From: Octopus vulgaris | Lineage: Eukaryota | Direction: 5' to 3' | Length of the DNA: 64,000 bases | NCBI GenBank assembly: GCA_951406725.2 | Contig: OX597821.1 | Span: 58,218,001-58,282,000, forward strand | Shown: positions 23,660 through 38,557 of the stretch, in pieces | How positions within the stretch are numbered: the stretch's first letter is position 1 | How the letters are laid out: each line of letters starts with the position of its first letter | Notes under the pieces: model-generated | The model's database searches: none | Told to the model about the DNA's origin: nothing | What the model saw: only the letters and a program-made list of their open reading frames with translations | Position numbers and translations under genes: made by a program

Positions 23660-24566
23660 CTGCAGTGAGTTTTGGCTGCCATATACAGGTGAGCTGAGGA
23701 AAATAACACGCAGTTTAATGTTGAGAAATTTCAAGTCCTGCGCTATCAACACACGAAACTCAATGAAAAGCAGACAAGATACACTGGCCCGGGAGGGATT
23801 GCGATCCCTGGATCAAAACCAGAGCACGACTTGGCCATCAACATGAGTAATGGTGCCTCCTTCTAGGTGCATAATACTAAGTGGACAATAAAATACAGTC
23901 ATTTGACTCGATAGATCCTTCGAACTTTCAAAACGAGAGAGCAAGAAACCATGACGATCCTCTGGAGGACACTTATCCTCAGACGCTTGGATAACTGGCT
24001 CCCAACTATGGTCACCACAGTGTAATATTAACGACGGACCTCGAAGCAATCCAGCGATGCTGCACGATGAAGACCGTTTCAATTCGACATGACAGTTCCT
24101 GGAAGAGACTAAGAAAAGTTAAGACACTATTGCTAAGAACGAAGGTGGGGAAGATACGCAGTGATATATATCTGGAAAATCCTAGAACTTGAGTCAAACT
24201 TTAGCATTGTCATTTACACAAACGGCAGAACGGGGTACCACTGCTTAGTACAAAAAATCCCAACATTGTCATCAGAATACAGGGCCAGATATTGCAACAG
24301 CTTGGGCTTCAAGGGCCCACAACTCTTCAATATCTTCCCATATGGGATGGATGTAGACGTCTTCAAAACAAAACTGGATATCCTTGTCAAGAGTTCCGGA
24401 TGAATCCACCTCGCAGCAAGAAACGCAGATGAAGGCAGCAACATCAAACTACCTCACTCACCAAATACCACACATCAGAGGTGGCTAAATGAAAGTGTAG
24501 CAAAGCAAACATCGGTCCCCCAGCATGGCCGCAACTCTCGAGCTGAAACTGGAAAAGAAAAGAGAA
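23660..24566 (+). mobile_element. Decayed CR1-group LINE, ORF2 C-terminus and 3' UTR
   Basis: Frameshifted peptides ILRTFKTREQETMTILWRTLIL, QLWSP, DLEAIQR, RYAVIYIWKILE, NSLGFKGPQLFNIFP, DVFKTKLD. Confidence 0.8.
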
Positions 24567-24584
24567 GCAAATCATATATATATA

Positions 24585-25868
24585 TTGGGTGGGCAACTAA
24601 GTTCCCGCTGTTTTTTTTTAATTTAAATTTTTAAAAGGTTTAATAAAAAATAACAACTAATTAATCAAACCCTTGTTGTTTCCAACATCTTCCCAACGTT
24701 CAACAAGATTTTCAATACCGCGTTGGTAGTAATCACCCGATTTCGACTCGAAAAATTGATCCAACCAAGCTCTCAATTCTGCATCAATATTGAACGAAGC
24801 TCTGCACATAGCATTTGAAAGAGATCGAAAGAGGTAGAAATCCGTTGGTGCCAAATCAGGAGAGTACGGCGGGTGTGGCAACACTTCCCAACCATACGTT
24901 GGAATGACTTCCTTGCTCATATTGGCGATATGAGGCCGGGCGTTGTCGTGCAGCAGAAGAACCCCATACTGCCGATTAGCTCTTTTCTCTTGAATTGCCG
25001 TGTTGAGTCGTTCCATCTGTTGAACATAAGATTTCTGTGTTGACCGTTTGGTTGCGTTCAAGCAATTTGTAATGGATAATCCCTTGCTAGTCCCATCATA
25101 CGCACAACATCGTTTTACGCGGATTAAGATCTTGTTTTACGCGCGGTGTCACTTCTTAACCGGGGCTAAGCCATTCCTTACGCTGCTTCATATTGATGTA
25201 CAGGCACCATTTTTCGTCGCCAGTAACGATTCAGTAAAGAAATCGTTGCTTGTGTCCATGAGTTGAGCAGTAGCAAGCAGGCAAACCAGCGAGATTGTGA
25301 CTCGTTGATTTTTGTTGTTGTCACTTAAAGCATGCGGAATTCATGCTCCATACTTCTGAACCTTTCCCATCAAGTGAAGATGCCTCTCTATAGCACTGTG
25401 GAGCATTCCATTTTCTCTGTCAGTTCCCTTGTCTTTTGACGAGAATTTTCGTGCAAAATTTGGTTTAATCGCTCTTCATCGAACTCAACTGGTCGGCCAG
25501 AACGAGGTGCGTCTTTGAGGTCAAAATTTCTATTTTTGAACTTGGCATATCAATGACAAGCGGATCTTTCAGCTATGGTACCCTCTCCATACACAGTACA
25601 AATGTCGCAAGCAGCTTTTGCAACCTTAGAACCTTGATTAAAAGCAAAAAGAAGGAGGCGTCGAAAATGCTCGTTTTTCTTAACTTGACATTCCATTGTA
25701 ATGATCTGAAAATAAACAAACATTAACTAAAATTAACTAGAAAAAAAAACAAAATAGATTCCGAAATGATTCAAAAATAGAATTCTCGAGAAAAGTAGAT
25801 TCCAAAATTTAAAAATGCAATAAATTCCAAAATTTAAAAAAACGGCGGGAACTTAGTTGCCAACCCAG
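24585..25868 (-). mobile_element. Full-length decayed mariner (DD34D) transposon
   Basis: TIRs ttgggtgggcaactaagttcccgc / gcgggaacttagttgccaacccag, TA on both sides, 1284 bp; motifs LLLHDNARPH and HPPYSPDLAPTDFYLF; stops and frameshifts. Confidence 0.95.
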
Positions 25869-25869
25869 T

Positions 25870-27020
<1,151 letters not shown>

Positions 27021-27569
27021 AATTTGGAAGCCAAACAGTACGTTCAGTAAAAAGTTTTATTATATTCTCGATTTTTGATCAAAAGATCCTTTTGAAAGAG
27101 AAAAAAAATTATTAATGATTGGCAGACAACAAAGTAAAGTCGGTAAATGAACAGATTTTACGATTTCTTCAACCGTGGGCCGGAGGCTGGCTGAGACAGT
27201 TCAAAAGTTACGGAGCAGCAGTAACAGCAACATCATTTGGAATCTCCTACATATTAGACAAGTGGAGAAATTAATGTTAAACTTCCTTTATCTCCAACAT
27301 AGTGATACAAGCATTGTTTTGGCTTCGAAATTTGAATTTTCTTTTTCTTACCATTTCTTCTAATTTCACAGCAAAAAAAAAACAGTTACTTTCCGCGCGC
27401 ACACACATGCATAAACTATATATGTATATATATATATGAGTACTTGCCTTCTAGTAGACAGACAAATGGACTGCAGCCATTGCCAGGATTCTTAGCCCTA
27501 GCGATCAAAGATAACAAAAGTAATAAATGAAGATAATAAAATTAAAATTAGGGAATGGGCCTGTATTGG

Positions 27570-28002
27570 ATTGTATATATATATATGTATATGTATATTT
27601 GTATGTATGTATGTGTGTATGTGTAGGTATGTATATGTATGTATATATATGTATATATGTATATGTGTGTGTATATATATGTGTATGTATGTATGTGTGT
27701 GTAGATACGTATACATGTGTGTATAGGTATAAGTGAGAATCTCCTTATTTACCTATAACTCTATCCCCCCTTTTTTTATATATATATTTTTGTATATATA
27801 TATATTTTTTATATATATATTTTTTTTTTATATATATTTTTTATATTTTTTATTTTTTTATTTTTTTTTTTATTTTTTTATTTTATTTTATTTTTTATTT
27901 TTTTATTTTTTTATTTTTTTATTTTTTATTTTTTATTTTTTATTTTTTATTTTTTATTTTTTATATTTTTTTATTTTTTTATTTTTTTATTTTTTTATTT
28001 AT
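27570..28002. repeat. (TATG)-like then T-rich (TnA) low-complexity tract
   Basis: Direct inspection. Confidence 0.9.
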
Positions 28003-28211
28003 CTATTCTTTCATCTAACTTACCACTGACTCCTTGACCACTCCCCCAAGTATGATATTTTGCGCTATGCCTACCCCCCAAAAAGTCCCCCACCACCACT
28101 CCTTTAAACCTGCCTAAATGTATAAATGCTAATACAATTCTTGTTAAATAGCTTCCTGAAGATTTCTCTTGAATGAAACAGTACTAGTCCTGTAGAAGCT
28201 CCTTCTATATA

Positions 28212-28247
<36 letters not shown>

Positions 28248-28289
28248 GTATAGATATGCATGCATGCATGCATACATATATACATGAAT

Positions 28290-28600
28290 TAGAATGAAAC
28301 TTGGTGAGTCCAAATGTTCATAAACTTGTAACTTTTGCCTTCATCCAAGACAATAATCATGACTGACCTAAAACTGCAACTTTTGCTCCCTAGGGAAAGC
28401 TACAAGTATATTGGACAGAATGTGAATATCAGCAATAAGTGGCTCATTAATATGGAGAGAACAAGGAATAAATACCTCTAGAGTGTTCTAAAAATATGGT
28501 CTAAACACAAGCTTACAACAAGCATATCATCCACTGTACTTTTGTAGTACTTGTCCTCACGTCCACATTTGGCCTTCTAACTGGCTACTACGATAGATTT
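28290..28600 (+). pseudogene. R4/Dong-like LINE reverse transcriptase/thumb fragment
   Basis: Manual translation MKLGESKC...RESYKYIGQNVNI...VLKIWS...AYNKHIIHCTFVVLVLTSTFGLL resembles R4/Dong RT domains 6-8. Confidence 0.6.
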
Positions 28601-28642
28601 ATAAACTCGCAAGCTACTCAGTGTTACAGTAATAGAGATGTA

Positions 28643-28866
28643 TATTTCTTTACTACCCACAAGGGGCTAAACACAGAGGAGACAAACAAGGGCAGACAAA
28701 CGGATTAAGTCGATTATATCGACCCCAATGCGCAACTGGTACTTAATTTATCGACCCCGAGAGGATGAATGGCAAAGTCGACCTCGGCGGAATTTGAACC
28801 CAGGACGTAGCGGTAGACGAAATACGGCTACGCATTTCGCCCGGCGTGCTAACGATTCTACCAGCT
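28643..28866 (-). mobile_element. SINE family A
   Basis: Near-consensus copy. Confidence 0.88.
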
Positions 28867-30065
28867 GTAGACAGGCTACACTTTCCACGCAAGGATGGCA
28901 GCAGGGGTCGCGGCTAACCTGGAACTAAACATTAATTCAATCCTCTGTTTCTTCCAGTTGTTTTTTTCTGTCCCACTCCTCTGCTCTCACTTTCTCTTTG
29001 TGTCTGTCTTCTTTCCTGCATCTAAAACCGGTGCCTGGAGACGAACTCGCGATACTATGTTTGAAAGTCTGACACCATAATCTACGCGTCCATGATCACT
29101 ACTTCTAATGATATTAATTGGTTGATGTTTGGTGTTTGATGGTTGATTGACTTTAGCCGGCTGGTTGGTTTGTCCGTAGGTTGAAAGGACGGATGTCTGG
29201 TTAGCTGGCCCAGTTAACAGAGAAAGTAGTGAGACGTCGGGTGAGTCACATAAATAGCGTGTGGTGGAGACGGTGAAATTTTTCTCAGCAACAGTCTTTG
29301 TAGATGCAATTAGTTGAAACCGTTACGTCATTAAAACAGAACTGGAATACTTCCAAGAAAGTTATAAAGCAAGAAAGATATTTCTCCGCCAGTGAACATT
29401 TCTGCTACTTAATGCACAGAAGACAGATTGGGAAACCCAGCTGTTTGCAGCGGTAGTAATTATTACTCTGGCGAATAACTCAGCAAATATATCTTGAAAT
29501 ATTTAATTTAACTACATAACATTATATGACAGGAAAATTCAAGCACGGAAACTTCAAAACTTGGTATTCTATAGAAACGTTCAGATAACAATTATAATTC
29601 TATTATTATATCTATTTTTTAAAGTTATTTACAATCACATGACGTCGATAAACGTTAATAGGTCTTCTTCAACTGAATTAAAGTACCTGCTTTACAGAAC
29701 AAAGAGTTTGATGTTTCGTATCCCAACTGAGAAACCGTTTCATTAATGACTTCAAATTTTGAGCAAGGCCAACAATTTTAAGTGGAGTGGTGAGTCGATT
29801 ACCTCGACCTCAGTATTCAACTGGTACTTAATTTATCAACCCCGAAAGTATGAAAGGCAGAATCGACCTCAAAAGAATATGAACTCAGGACCTAAAAAGC
29901 GGAAGAAATGGCGCAATGGTAATTCTACAAGTCTACCGCCTTAAGCTGTTTCATTAATACCAAATCTGTAAATGCTTTGTTTTGCATCTGGTTTTTTCTT
30001 TTTTTTCTTTCGTGCTAGAAAACTTCTCGTCTTTCTAGAAAATTATATAAATAGTAGGAAAGCCC

Positions 30066-30420
30066 TCAGTACAGCTTTAATAGATTTGAGAATATAGAAA
30101 GTCTATGGTTCACAAAAGACAGTCTATTTTGACTGTTTAAAGATATAGTTCTACAGCAATGCTTTTTAAAGAACTGCAGCTGACTTCTATTAGTCTGATG
30201 AACAATAGCACGAGTCTTGTCAAAAGATAATCTTGAAATAGCATTTTTCATTGATTTCATTTATAGAATCATCCAAAACAAGCTGTAGTCGATGACGCAA
30301 ACAATACCAAATTATGATGTCTGGAAATTTCTGAAGTAATCTTGTAACAACTGTAAATTTACGTCTAAACATAGAACTCTCTCCATTAGAACAGCATGCC
30401 ACCAGATCTTCCTTTAACTA
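30066..30420 (-). pseudogene. hAT transposase fragment (ZNF862/KIAA1586-like)
   Basis: CSNGESSM...VVTRLLQKFPDIIIWYCLRHRLQLVL matches the hAT DG(A)..M and CxxH.L.L motifs. Confidence 0.75.
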
Positions 30421-30575
30421 TTCTGTCAAACTCATTAACATTCGCCGAAATATATAACGCAGTTGTTTTTAATTCATTGGGAAATTTCATTTCTTGATGA
30501 TTCGGTATTATGTTCAGCAACTGTCGTTGCAGAAGTTTGCGAATGCAAGTAGTTTCTTAAATCGATTCCGTTCTA

Positions 30576-30786
30576 CAGTGTGCGACAGAAAGGTTGCCCC
30601 GATTTCAAAGGTTAACAAAAAAACAAACTTTGTATTTCTATGAAGTTCATTAAATGCCATTTTGTTTTTTCTGTTTCAGGTAGTACCAACCGTGGCCTGG
30701 AGTGGCGAGCATGGTTTTTTTTGTATCTTCATGCGTTTGTTTTTAATTAACCTTTGAAATCGGGGCAACCTTTCTGCCGCACCCTG
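30576..30786. mobile_element. Tc1/mariner-type MITE, 211 bp
   Basis: TIRs cagtgtgcgacagaaaggttgccccgatttcaaaggttaa / ttaacctttgaaatcggggcaacctttctgccgcaccctg; TA at 30574-30575 and 30787-30788. Confidence 0.92.
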
Positions 30787-30974
30787 TATATTTACAGTTT
30801 TATTTCGTCATTCAGTTTTCGGACAATGGTCAGTTTCCTTATATTAAGCTGGAAACTATGTTGATCTTGCTGATTAGGTAGTTTTTCATTATCTCTATCC
30901 CCACCACCCACACCATTACCACTAATGGTGGTGGTTTGAGGAATGGTGATGATAGTGGTAGTAATAACAATTTT

Positions 30975-31140
30975 GGTTTCGAATTTTGGCACAAGTCCAG
31001 CAAGTTCGGGGAAGGAGTTAAGTCGATTACATCGACCCCAGAGTTTGACTTGCGCTTTTTTTATCAACCCTGAAAGAAGGAAAGGCAAAGTCGACCTCGG
31101 CGGAATTTGGACTCAAAACGTGAAGACAGAGGTGAAACTA
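30975..31140 (-). mobile_element. SINE family A, diverged
   Basis: ttttggcacaag...aagtcgattacatcgacccc...gtcgacctcggcggaatttg. Confidence 0.8.
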
Positions 31141-31844
31141 CGACCAATGGAAATTAAAATTAGGATGATGGGAGTTAAAAACGGGGCCGCTGAATATATC
31201 ACACAAGGTTCGAAGAGCCGCAGCATGTGGGTTGGGTATTAAGGGAGAACGAATCTCCTTTCTCCACCTGCCAGAGGGTCCAGGGATTATTTACAACAAA
31301 CATATTAACATAGTTGCATATTTTCGTTTGATGTGAAGGCAGTTCCTAGCAAGTACTGAAGTGGTTCGTGTGAATTAGTAAGGCGTGCAATTTGTCTTTA
31401 TTACTAAGGAGATTGAGAGTCTAGCTGAGATCGTGTCCAGAAAATTCCATAAGAAATTTCGCCATATAAGAAAATCCACTGTAAGACAAATTCACAGTAT
31501 AGACAATGATAAACCGTGTTATATCAACATTTTAAAGCCAAAAATAATGATAAACGGTTTTTATAAAAGCATTAAATAGGTAAGTCTTTATTCAACATCA
31601 ATCGTAAAAGAAATGTGATGAGATCATTTAAAGCGAAATTCCTTATGTTTACGGCGATATTTCCTATAACCAGCTGAGGGACATAGAAAGACTGGGAAGA
31701 GAAACAAATGTACAAAGCAGTTATTCATTAATTGACCGTATATGCATGTAAAATATTGTCAAGTACAACAGTAGCATTCAAAAATAGATGAAACTAAACG
31801 CGTTTTTTTTTTTTATTGTCAATCATTAATATTTCCATATTTTT

Positions 31845-32575
31845 CGCTCGAAACCACTTTTCTGAGAAATTTTTGTCGCTTTTAATTTTGCAAAATGATT
31901 TTCAACAGCTTAGTCTTCAGAAGATCCCTGACCTTAGACTCTGCCATATCGTCCCACATCATCTGGCCAGAAAACACTCGTTCAACTGGTACAGTTGATA
32001 GGAAGACAAAGAATGTAACCTACTACAGCACTAAGACTTTTTAATAATGTGTACTTTTCTTTGCAATGAACACAAGAAACCGACACTCTTCTTCATACTT
32101 AAAGTTCCGTGTTGTCCAAACTTTTGTCTTAGAAACCCAAAAATTCTTTGAAATAAGGACTTCATCAAATAATTTGTCAATATGTATTACTTGCATTCCA
32201 ATCCGTTGGTTGATCTTAGATGCAAACTGATCAATACCAAGTCAAGATGTCTCCTGAATTTAATCACACAAAATCTTCAGCATTTTCAAAATTCTCATCA
32301 TACAGGCCTAGCTATAGGAGGCATATTCCATAAAAACTAGACAAAATTCCAACGTCTTTTTTGTCAGCCAATGATTGTCAAAAACTGAGACCAAGTCACA
32401 AGACATGATCACAACCATTTCAACTGAAACAGTGTGCATATCCAAAAATTTTATTTCTACGCCCTCACCAGAAATATAATATCAAATAAGGAATAGTATA
32501 ATTTTAACAGTTTTTCGGTTCGAGGCATCCAAAGAAATTGCCACAAGCTCAGATTTAGCCATTCCTAAAACTACA
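31845..32575 (-). pseudogene. Heavily decayed hAT-like transposase
   Basis: Manual translation fragments VAISLDASNRKTVK, GVEIKFLD, ILCLP...PVERVFS and FLRKVVSSEKY; ERVFS is the hAT dimerisation motif. Confidence 0.6.
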
Positions 32576-32659
32576 TTTAAAACTGTGCTTTCACATTTTG
32601 TCCACGCAAGCCGAAACTTTGGCTCAAAAAGTTTCGAGACCAACTTTGACGAATATATA

Positions 32660-32721
<62 letters not shown>

Positions 32722-32872
32722 TCGGGACAGCTCGGTGCAACCCCCAAAAACTGGTATCGCCAGTCGGTATCATTAGGGTGCAGCCGGCATAATAAAATAG
32801 GAACTTTTATATGAATATTCAAAATGTTTTCTGTAAACGAACTTAAAGGAGATATATGTGGGGGAAGGGGCA

Positions 32873-34085
32873 CTATTCAGTTTATTTCAAGATTTCTTGC
32901 CAATATAGAAAGAACCGGTTTCTAACCTAGATCCAAGGCTTCTTCATTTGAATTTCAACATCAACAACGGGGTATTTTTGTATGTATGTATGTATGTATG
33001 TATGTATGTATGTATGTATGTATGTATGTATGTATGTATGTATGTATATGCAGATTTGTATGTTTTATGTATGTATTCTCCTACATATAGTTGCATATCT
33101 AGACATACTCATACTTAAATGATAAACGTCTGGAAAGTTTTACAGATTTTTACAGTTCCAGTGATGGATTGGATCTGTAGTCTTCGAATTAGCTTTCTCC
33201 TTTCTGGTTTTGAGAAGCCTAATTTCTCAAGATTGGTAGTTAGGCAGTGTGTTACATATCCCAGGGCCCCAATAATTACAGGTATAAACCTGAACTTGTA
33301 ATCTGGATAGAGTAACTGCAGATTTCTCAATAGTTCAGCATAAGTGTTCATTTTTTTTCACTGATCTTCAGCTTTATGTTAACATCCGCTGGGCAGCTAA
33401 TTTCCACAACTGTGCACAGTTTCTCTTCTCTATCCCAAATAATTATATCAGGTCTGTTGTGCCTACATTTTACTGAGGTCTTCACTGGGACATTCCACCA
33501 GTATTCCTTTTCATTGTAAGTGGTTATGGCTTCTACACTATTGTGGGTTCTTATTTCTTTGTCCTCGGGACTATCCTTCCGGCGGATTTCATTATAGTGT
33601 CTCATCGATAGATAATACCGTGATGACATTTTCGGACAACTGCTTATGATGTGAATGATATCTTCAGTGTGAACTCCACAAAGTCTACATCGGTTGTCAC
33701 ATTTTACTGCTTTTCCTGCATCTCTGTCCCTTTTGTGCATCAGGTACTTGTTTGATATTTCCTGTTCCTTGATTGCAAAGGCATACCCTACAAAGTGGGA
33801 GGTAGTAATCCGGCTATTGGTCTATGGATAAAGTGCTTTGATGGTCAGTGTTACTATCATCATGGAGCTTTCTACTAACATATCCATACATAATTTTCTG
33901 CTCATATAGGCTCATCCTTTCATCTGATGGTATGTAACGGTTGAGTCGCGCGACGTCTTTGGGCATGAATTCTGGGTTATCAGACATAGAGTGTTGCTCA
34001 AGAAGCTGCCTTCCAAGTCTAGTGATGTTATCAGCTTCATGTACGCAAACTTGGTCAAGGGATGCACTTCGATACTTGGTGGTTT
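32873..34085 (-). mobile_element. R4/Dong-like non-LTR retrotransposon 3' part (restriction-like endonuclease)
   Basis: CCHC knuckle CRLC...HIISSC, HNRPDIIIWD...VEISCP (PD-(D/E)xK), IPVIIGALG; frameshift in an A-run near 33350; (TACA)n within the putative 3' UTR. Confidence 0.88.
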
Positions 34086-34100
34086 ATGAATATATGTATG

Positions 34101-34156
<56 letters not shown>

Positions 34157-35438
34157 TGTATGTATGTATGTATGTATGTATGTTTGTATGTATGTATGTA
34201 TGTATGTATGTATGTATGTATGTATGTATGTATGTATGTATGTATGTATGTATGTATGTATGTATGTATGTATGTATGTATAGTTTGGACAGAATGGAAC
34301 ACACTGTACATAAAGAAAAAGCCTTATTTTCATTTTATTATAAAATCTACACGTGAGTAACATAGTCACAACACTCTGCTAAAGACAATATATTTTAAGT
34401 CTTGTAATTGCCGCCCACTCATCTGTATATTCGGTTAATGGGGTGCCTTGTTTAATTGCATAAGAATTTCAGTCACGAAGTCAATGCGATTAAGTGAAAT
34501 CAACTGTATTAGAATATAAATTTTTAGGCAGCCAGTACGGTGATTAACTTTCACTTTCAAACTTTAAAAGGCGAATAGACTTACTTGCGATGGGTGCGGG
34601 GGCCTTCACCCCCAATCTGTTGTATGATTGGCATTTTTGCATTTCTGGAAGACTCCATAGCATTCTTTGAATGAATAAACTTTATATATATAAACTTTTG
34701 TGTAGATACAGCTGCCAAAGACATTTTTGCTTTCATTGTATTACATAAACTTTGTTGCTTTAAAGTCACATGAAGCTATTCAACTAGGCTTCTATTTCGA
34801 ATACAAGTCTTTTAATGTGAGGCTGTGTGTGTGTGTGTAGGTATGCATTTTTTTTTTGTTGGATACTTGCATAAGTGCATCCGAAAATGCATACAACTTT
34901 ATAACGAACAGGTGTTTGTGTGTACGAATGAATGTAAATATGAATAACATTTGCATCTTAAAAGGTATTAATTCCATGTTATTTAAATATTTGCATTTAT
35001 TGTTGTTACGAACCTCTTGTAACACCGAACGTTCCGATATATCCCTTGCTTGCGGCGTTATTTCAGATCTTTTTCATATATTTGGAAGAAAGATAACTGG
35101 GAAACCATTCCACTGAACATATATAAATAAAATGTGTTGGGGGTTCTTTTATTTCGAATATATTCCAACGATGTTTTGACGTTACATTATTTTTTCTTTT
35201 TCCTTTTATCCACTGGTTCTACATGTACATTGAGATTCCATTTTATGCTTACTTGTTTAATATTTACGATTTAATCTAAATTGTTTGGGGTGAAAGGAAA
35301 GCAAAGGTAAAAAAAAGAACGGTGTTATGCAAAAAGAAATTCAATTTCGTTAGCGAGATATTTATATTCTCTGCTTCCCTCTTCTTTTACAACTACGGTA
35401 ACTTATCACTCATCCTACGACACCCATGCTCTCACACA

Positions 35439-35745
<307 letters not shown>

Positions 35746-35761
35746 CAGTATATACTTTTAT

Positions 35762-36145
35762 GCTCTTTTACATATTTCAGTCATTTGACTGCGGCCATGC
35801 TGGAGCACTGTCTTTAGTTGAACAAATCTACTCCAGGACTTATTCTTTGTAAGCCTAGTACTTATTCTATGAGTCTCTTTTGCCGAACCGCTAAGTCTCA
35901 GGTACTTAAACACACCAACATCGGTTGTCAAGCGATGGCAGGGGGAACAAACGCAGACACAAAGACATTCACACATAAGTATATATACATATACACGACG
36001 GGCTTCTTTCAGTTTCTGTCTAGTAAATCCACTCACAAGGCTTTGGTCGGCCTGAGGCTGAAGACATTCGCCCAAGGTACCACACAGTAGGACTGAACCC
36101 AGAACCATGTGATAGGGAAGCAAGCTTCTTACCACACAGCCACAT
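35762..36145 (-). mobile_element. SINE family B, full length
   Basis: Head, CORE-like domain, internal microsatellite and ccagcatggccgcagtcaaatgactgaaa tail. Confidence 0.88.
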
Positions 36146-36181
<36 letters not shown>

Positions 36182-36221
36182 CTATATATATATATATATT
36201 TATATACATATATATATTTAC

Positions 36222-36252
<31 letters not shown>

Positions 36253-37819
36253 CATAAATATACATACATACATACACAAGCAAATGCACAAGAAATCAAA
36301 CAACTGAAGCCGTATAAACTTACAATAAATGAGTCCTTTATTTTGTTGAAAAAGAAGTAATTTTATGTCTATCAGTCGTGGATATCTTGTAGACGAATAA
36401 CAATTAAAAATAATTAAATACAATATATTTTCTTTGGAGTAAAGTCTCATGACATCCTGTTGTTAAGAATATCAAATTTGTTAGGAAAGATTTATTGCAG
36501 CAAATCTTACAAATGTTTCGTAGTCCCGACAGACAAAATGGCGAAGCTGTTATTCGGAAGAATGGCAAGAGAGATGCATTGAAAGAGTCATTGCTCCTCG
36601 CAAAACTTATTCCTACCGATGAAACACTTTCTCTTGTTCAAACTGAGTAGGACGGTCCAGGGTGCCAGACGTTTTCATTTCTATAGGTTCGAAAAAAGAC
36701 TAACCAGAGAGTCAGCTTGCTATTCTGTACCTGTCAGGCGGGCGATGAAATTTGGGTCTCATACTGATTTCAATAAGGTGCTGCTGGAGAAAGTCTGGCT
36801 GCGGGCTGCGTCCCAAAATGAAAACTGCCACCTTAAAACAGAAGGATTGTGAGGCCATCCCCTCTTCTGCTTTATCCTACACCTAACACCATCGGCTCCT
36901 GTTGCGAAAGAAAACTGGTTGTATCGAAGCCATATTTTACAACCTCATTGAGAGCGGCACACCGAGGGAAGTGGCGCACCGCTGAAGCGACACGATAACT
37001 AGCAGAGATTGGGAACGTATACTGTAACTCTGCAATGACTTTGGTGTCGCTCACAGTTCCGAAATCCAAAATTTTGATAAATAGCCTATGTTGTATGAAA
37101 GAGTCCTTTGGCTATCGTTTGTTTAACCCCCAGATCTAACCTGACTGAGCAAATCCTCAATAAAAATATTCATTACAGCAATAATCATCGCATCTTTAAT
37201 ACTGGTATTACATATCTACGACTTCATTATCCAATGTGCCCTTTCCTTTTTGCGGTGTGGGTTTAATTTGAAGTAGATTTGGCTTCTATTTCTAGCAAGC
37301 CATATAACTACGCAGAGGCTTTCCAACTGGCCACAGTTCAACAATATTTTATGTTACAAAAATTAAAGCATTCACGCATAATTTAAATGTAAATCTGTAA
37401 ATGTCTCCAGTCTCTTCCACAAATTCTTAATTGTCAGTATTTAGCTCCAGTTTCCAGCCATTCTCTTTCAACACTACCAAGTGATTAGAGAAAAATATTG
37501 AATGTCGTGATCTCAGAAAATTTGAAATACGATCGATATGTACGCAATCTAATGAATAGAACTTTATGAAACTTAATCTTGCTCGTTTATGAAATGCAAT
37601 CTATTTAATTTCTGTCAAGTAAAGTTCACAAAGTAGGATGTATATGTCCTGAGATCAGAGTTTAATTGAACATGTTTTGCTGACACAAACCGCAGCTATT
37701 TTTCCTCGGACTGTATCAAGAGCTGCTGGGATCATTAGTAACAAGTGTAAAATATAATTTTGTCTAGGGGATTCAATGTTCTTAATGGTCAGTGCACGAG
37801 TGGACAGCCATCATTATAT

Positions 37820-38198
37820 ATCTATTATATAAAATCCGTTCTGTCTGTGTGTCTTCTAGAATCTCGGGCATCCTCCATCCGATTGCGCTCAAATTTGATA
37901 TGTAGATACCGACGGTATCAGGGCGTGTATAAGTCTTTAAAAAATTACAAAAATCGATTCCAGGTGGGAATACGATCGATAAAGCCGTGGAAACGTGCAT
38001 TTGTATGCGCAAGTACATCAGCTGTTGCGATCGATACTACGCGTACGCGAGAAAGATGCACGATGTCTCAAATTTTGGTTAAATCAGTGTTTCTCAAAGT
38101 ACGGTCGGACAAGTTGTTTTGAGAAAAAGCCAACGCATTATTTTATGCAGATCATTCATGATGATTTCAGTTGATTCAAAAACAATTATCTATGAAGT
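37820..38198 (+). mobile_element. Helitron-like 5' end
   Basis: A|TCTATTATATAAAA followed by ctgtctgtgtgtc and ccgattgcgctcaaattt, typical of invertebrate non-autonomous Helitrons; 3' end not identified. Confidence 0.5.
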
Positions 38199-38211
38199 AA
38201 TGAACACTACT

Positions 38212-38557
38212 GTGAAGGCGCGTGGCTCAGAGGTTAGAGCGTCGAGCTTGAGCTTACGATAGTGAGGTTGTGAGCTCGAATCCCGGATCGGGCTGCGTAT
38301 TGTGTTCTTGAGCAAGACACTTTATTTCACGTTGTTCCAGTTCACTCAGCTGTAGAAATGAGTTGCGACGTCACGGGTTCCAAGCTGTATCGGCCTTTGC
38401 CTTTCCCTTGGATAACACTGGTGGCGTGGAGAGGGGAGGCTGGTATGCATGGGCGACTGCTGGTCTTCCATAAACAACCTTGCCCGGACATGAGCCTGGG
38501 AGGGTAACTTTGTAGGTGCAATCCCATGGTCAGTGTCGTGACCGAAGGGGGTCTCAG
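38212..38557 (+). mobile_element. SINE family C (tail type 1) with target-site duplication
   Basis: 13-bp TSD aatgaacactact (38199-38211) / aatgaacactgct (38558-38570). Confidence 0.92.

Noticed and set aside
32905-32955. Hammerhead-like motif on the minus strand in the R4/Dong 3' UTR (atgaaga-agcct...aggtt-a-gaaa-ccggtt)
   Set aside because: The core lacks C3, there is an extra base before GAAA and no adjacent stem I.
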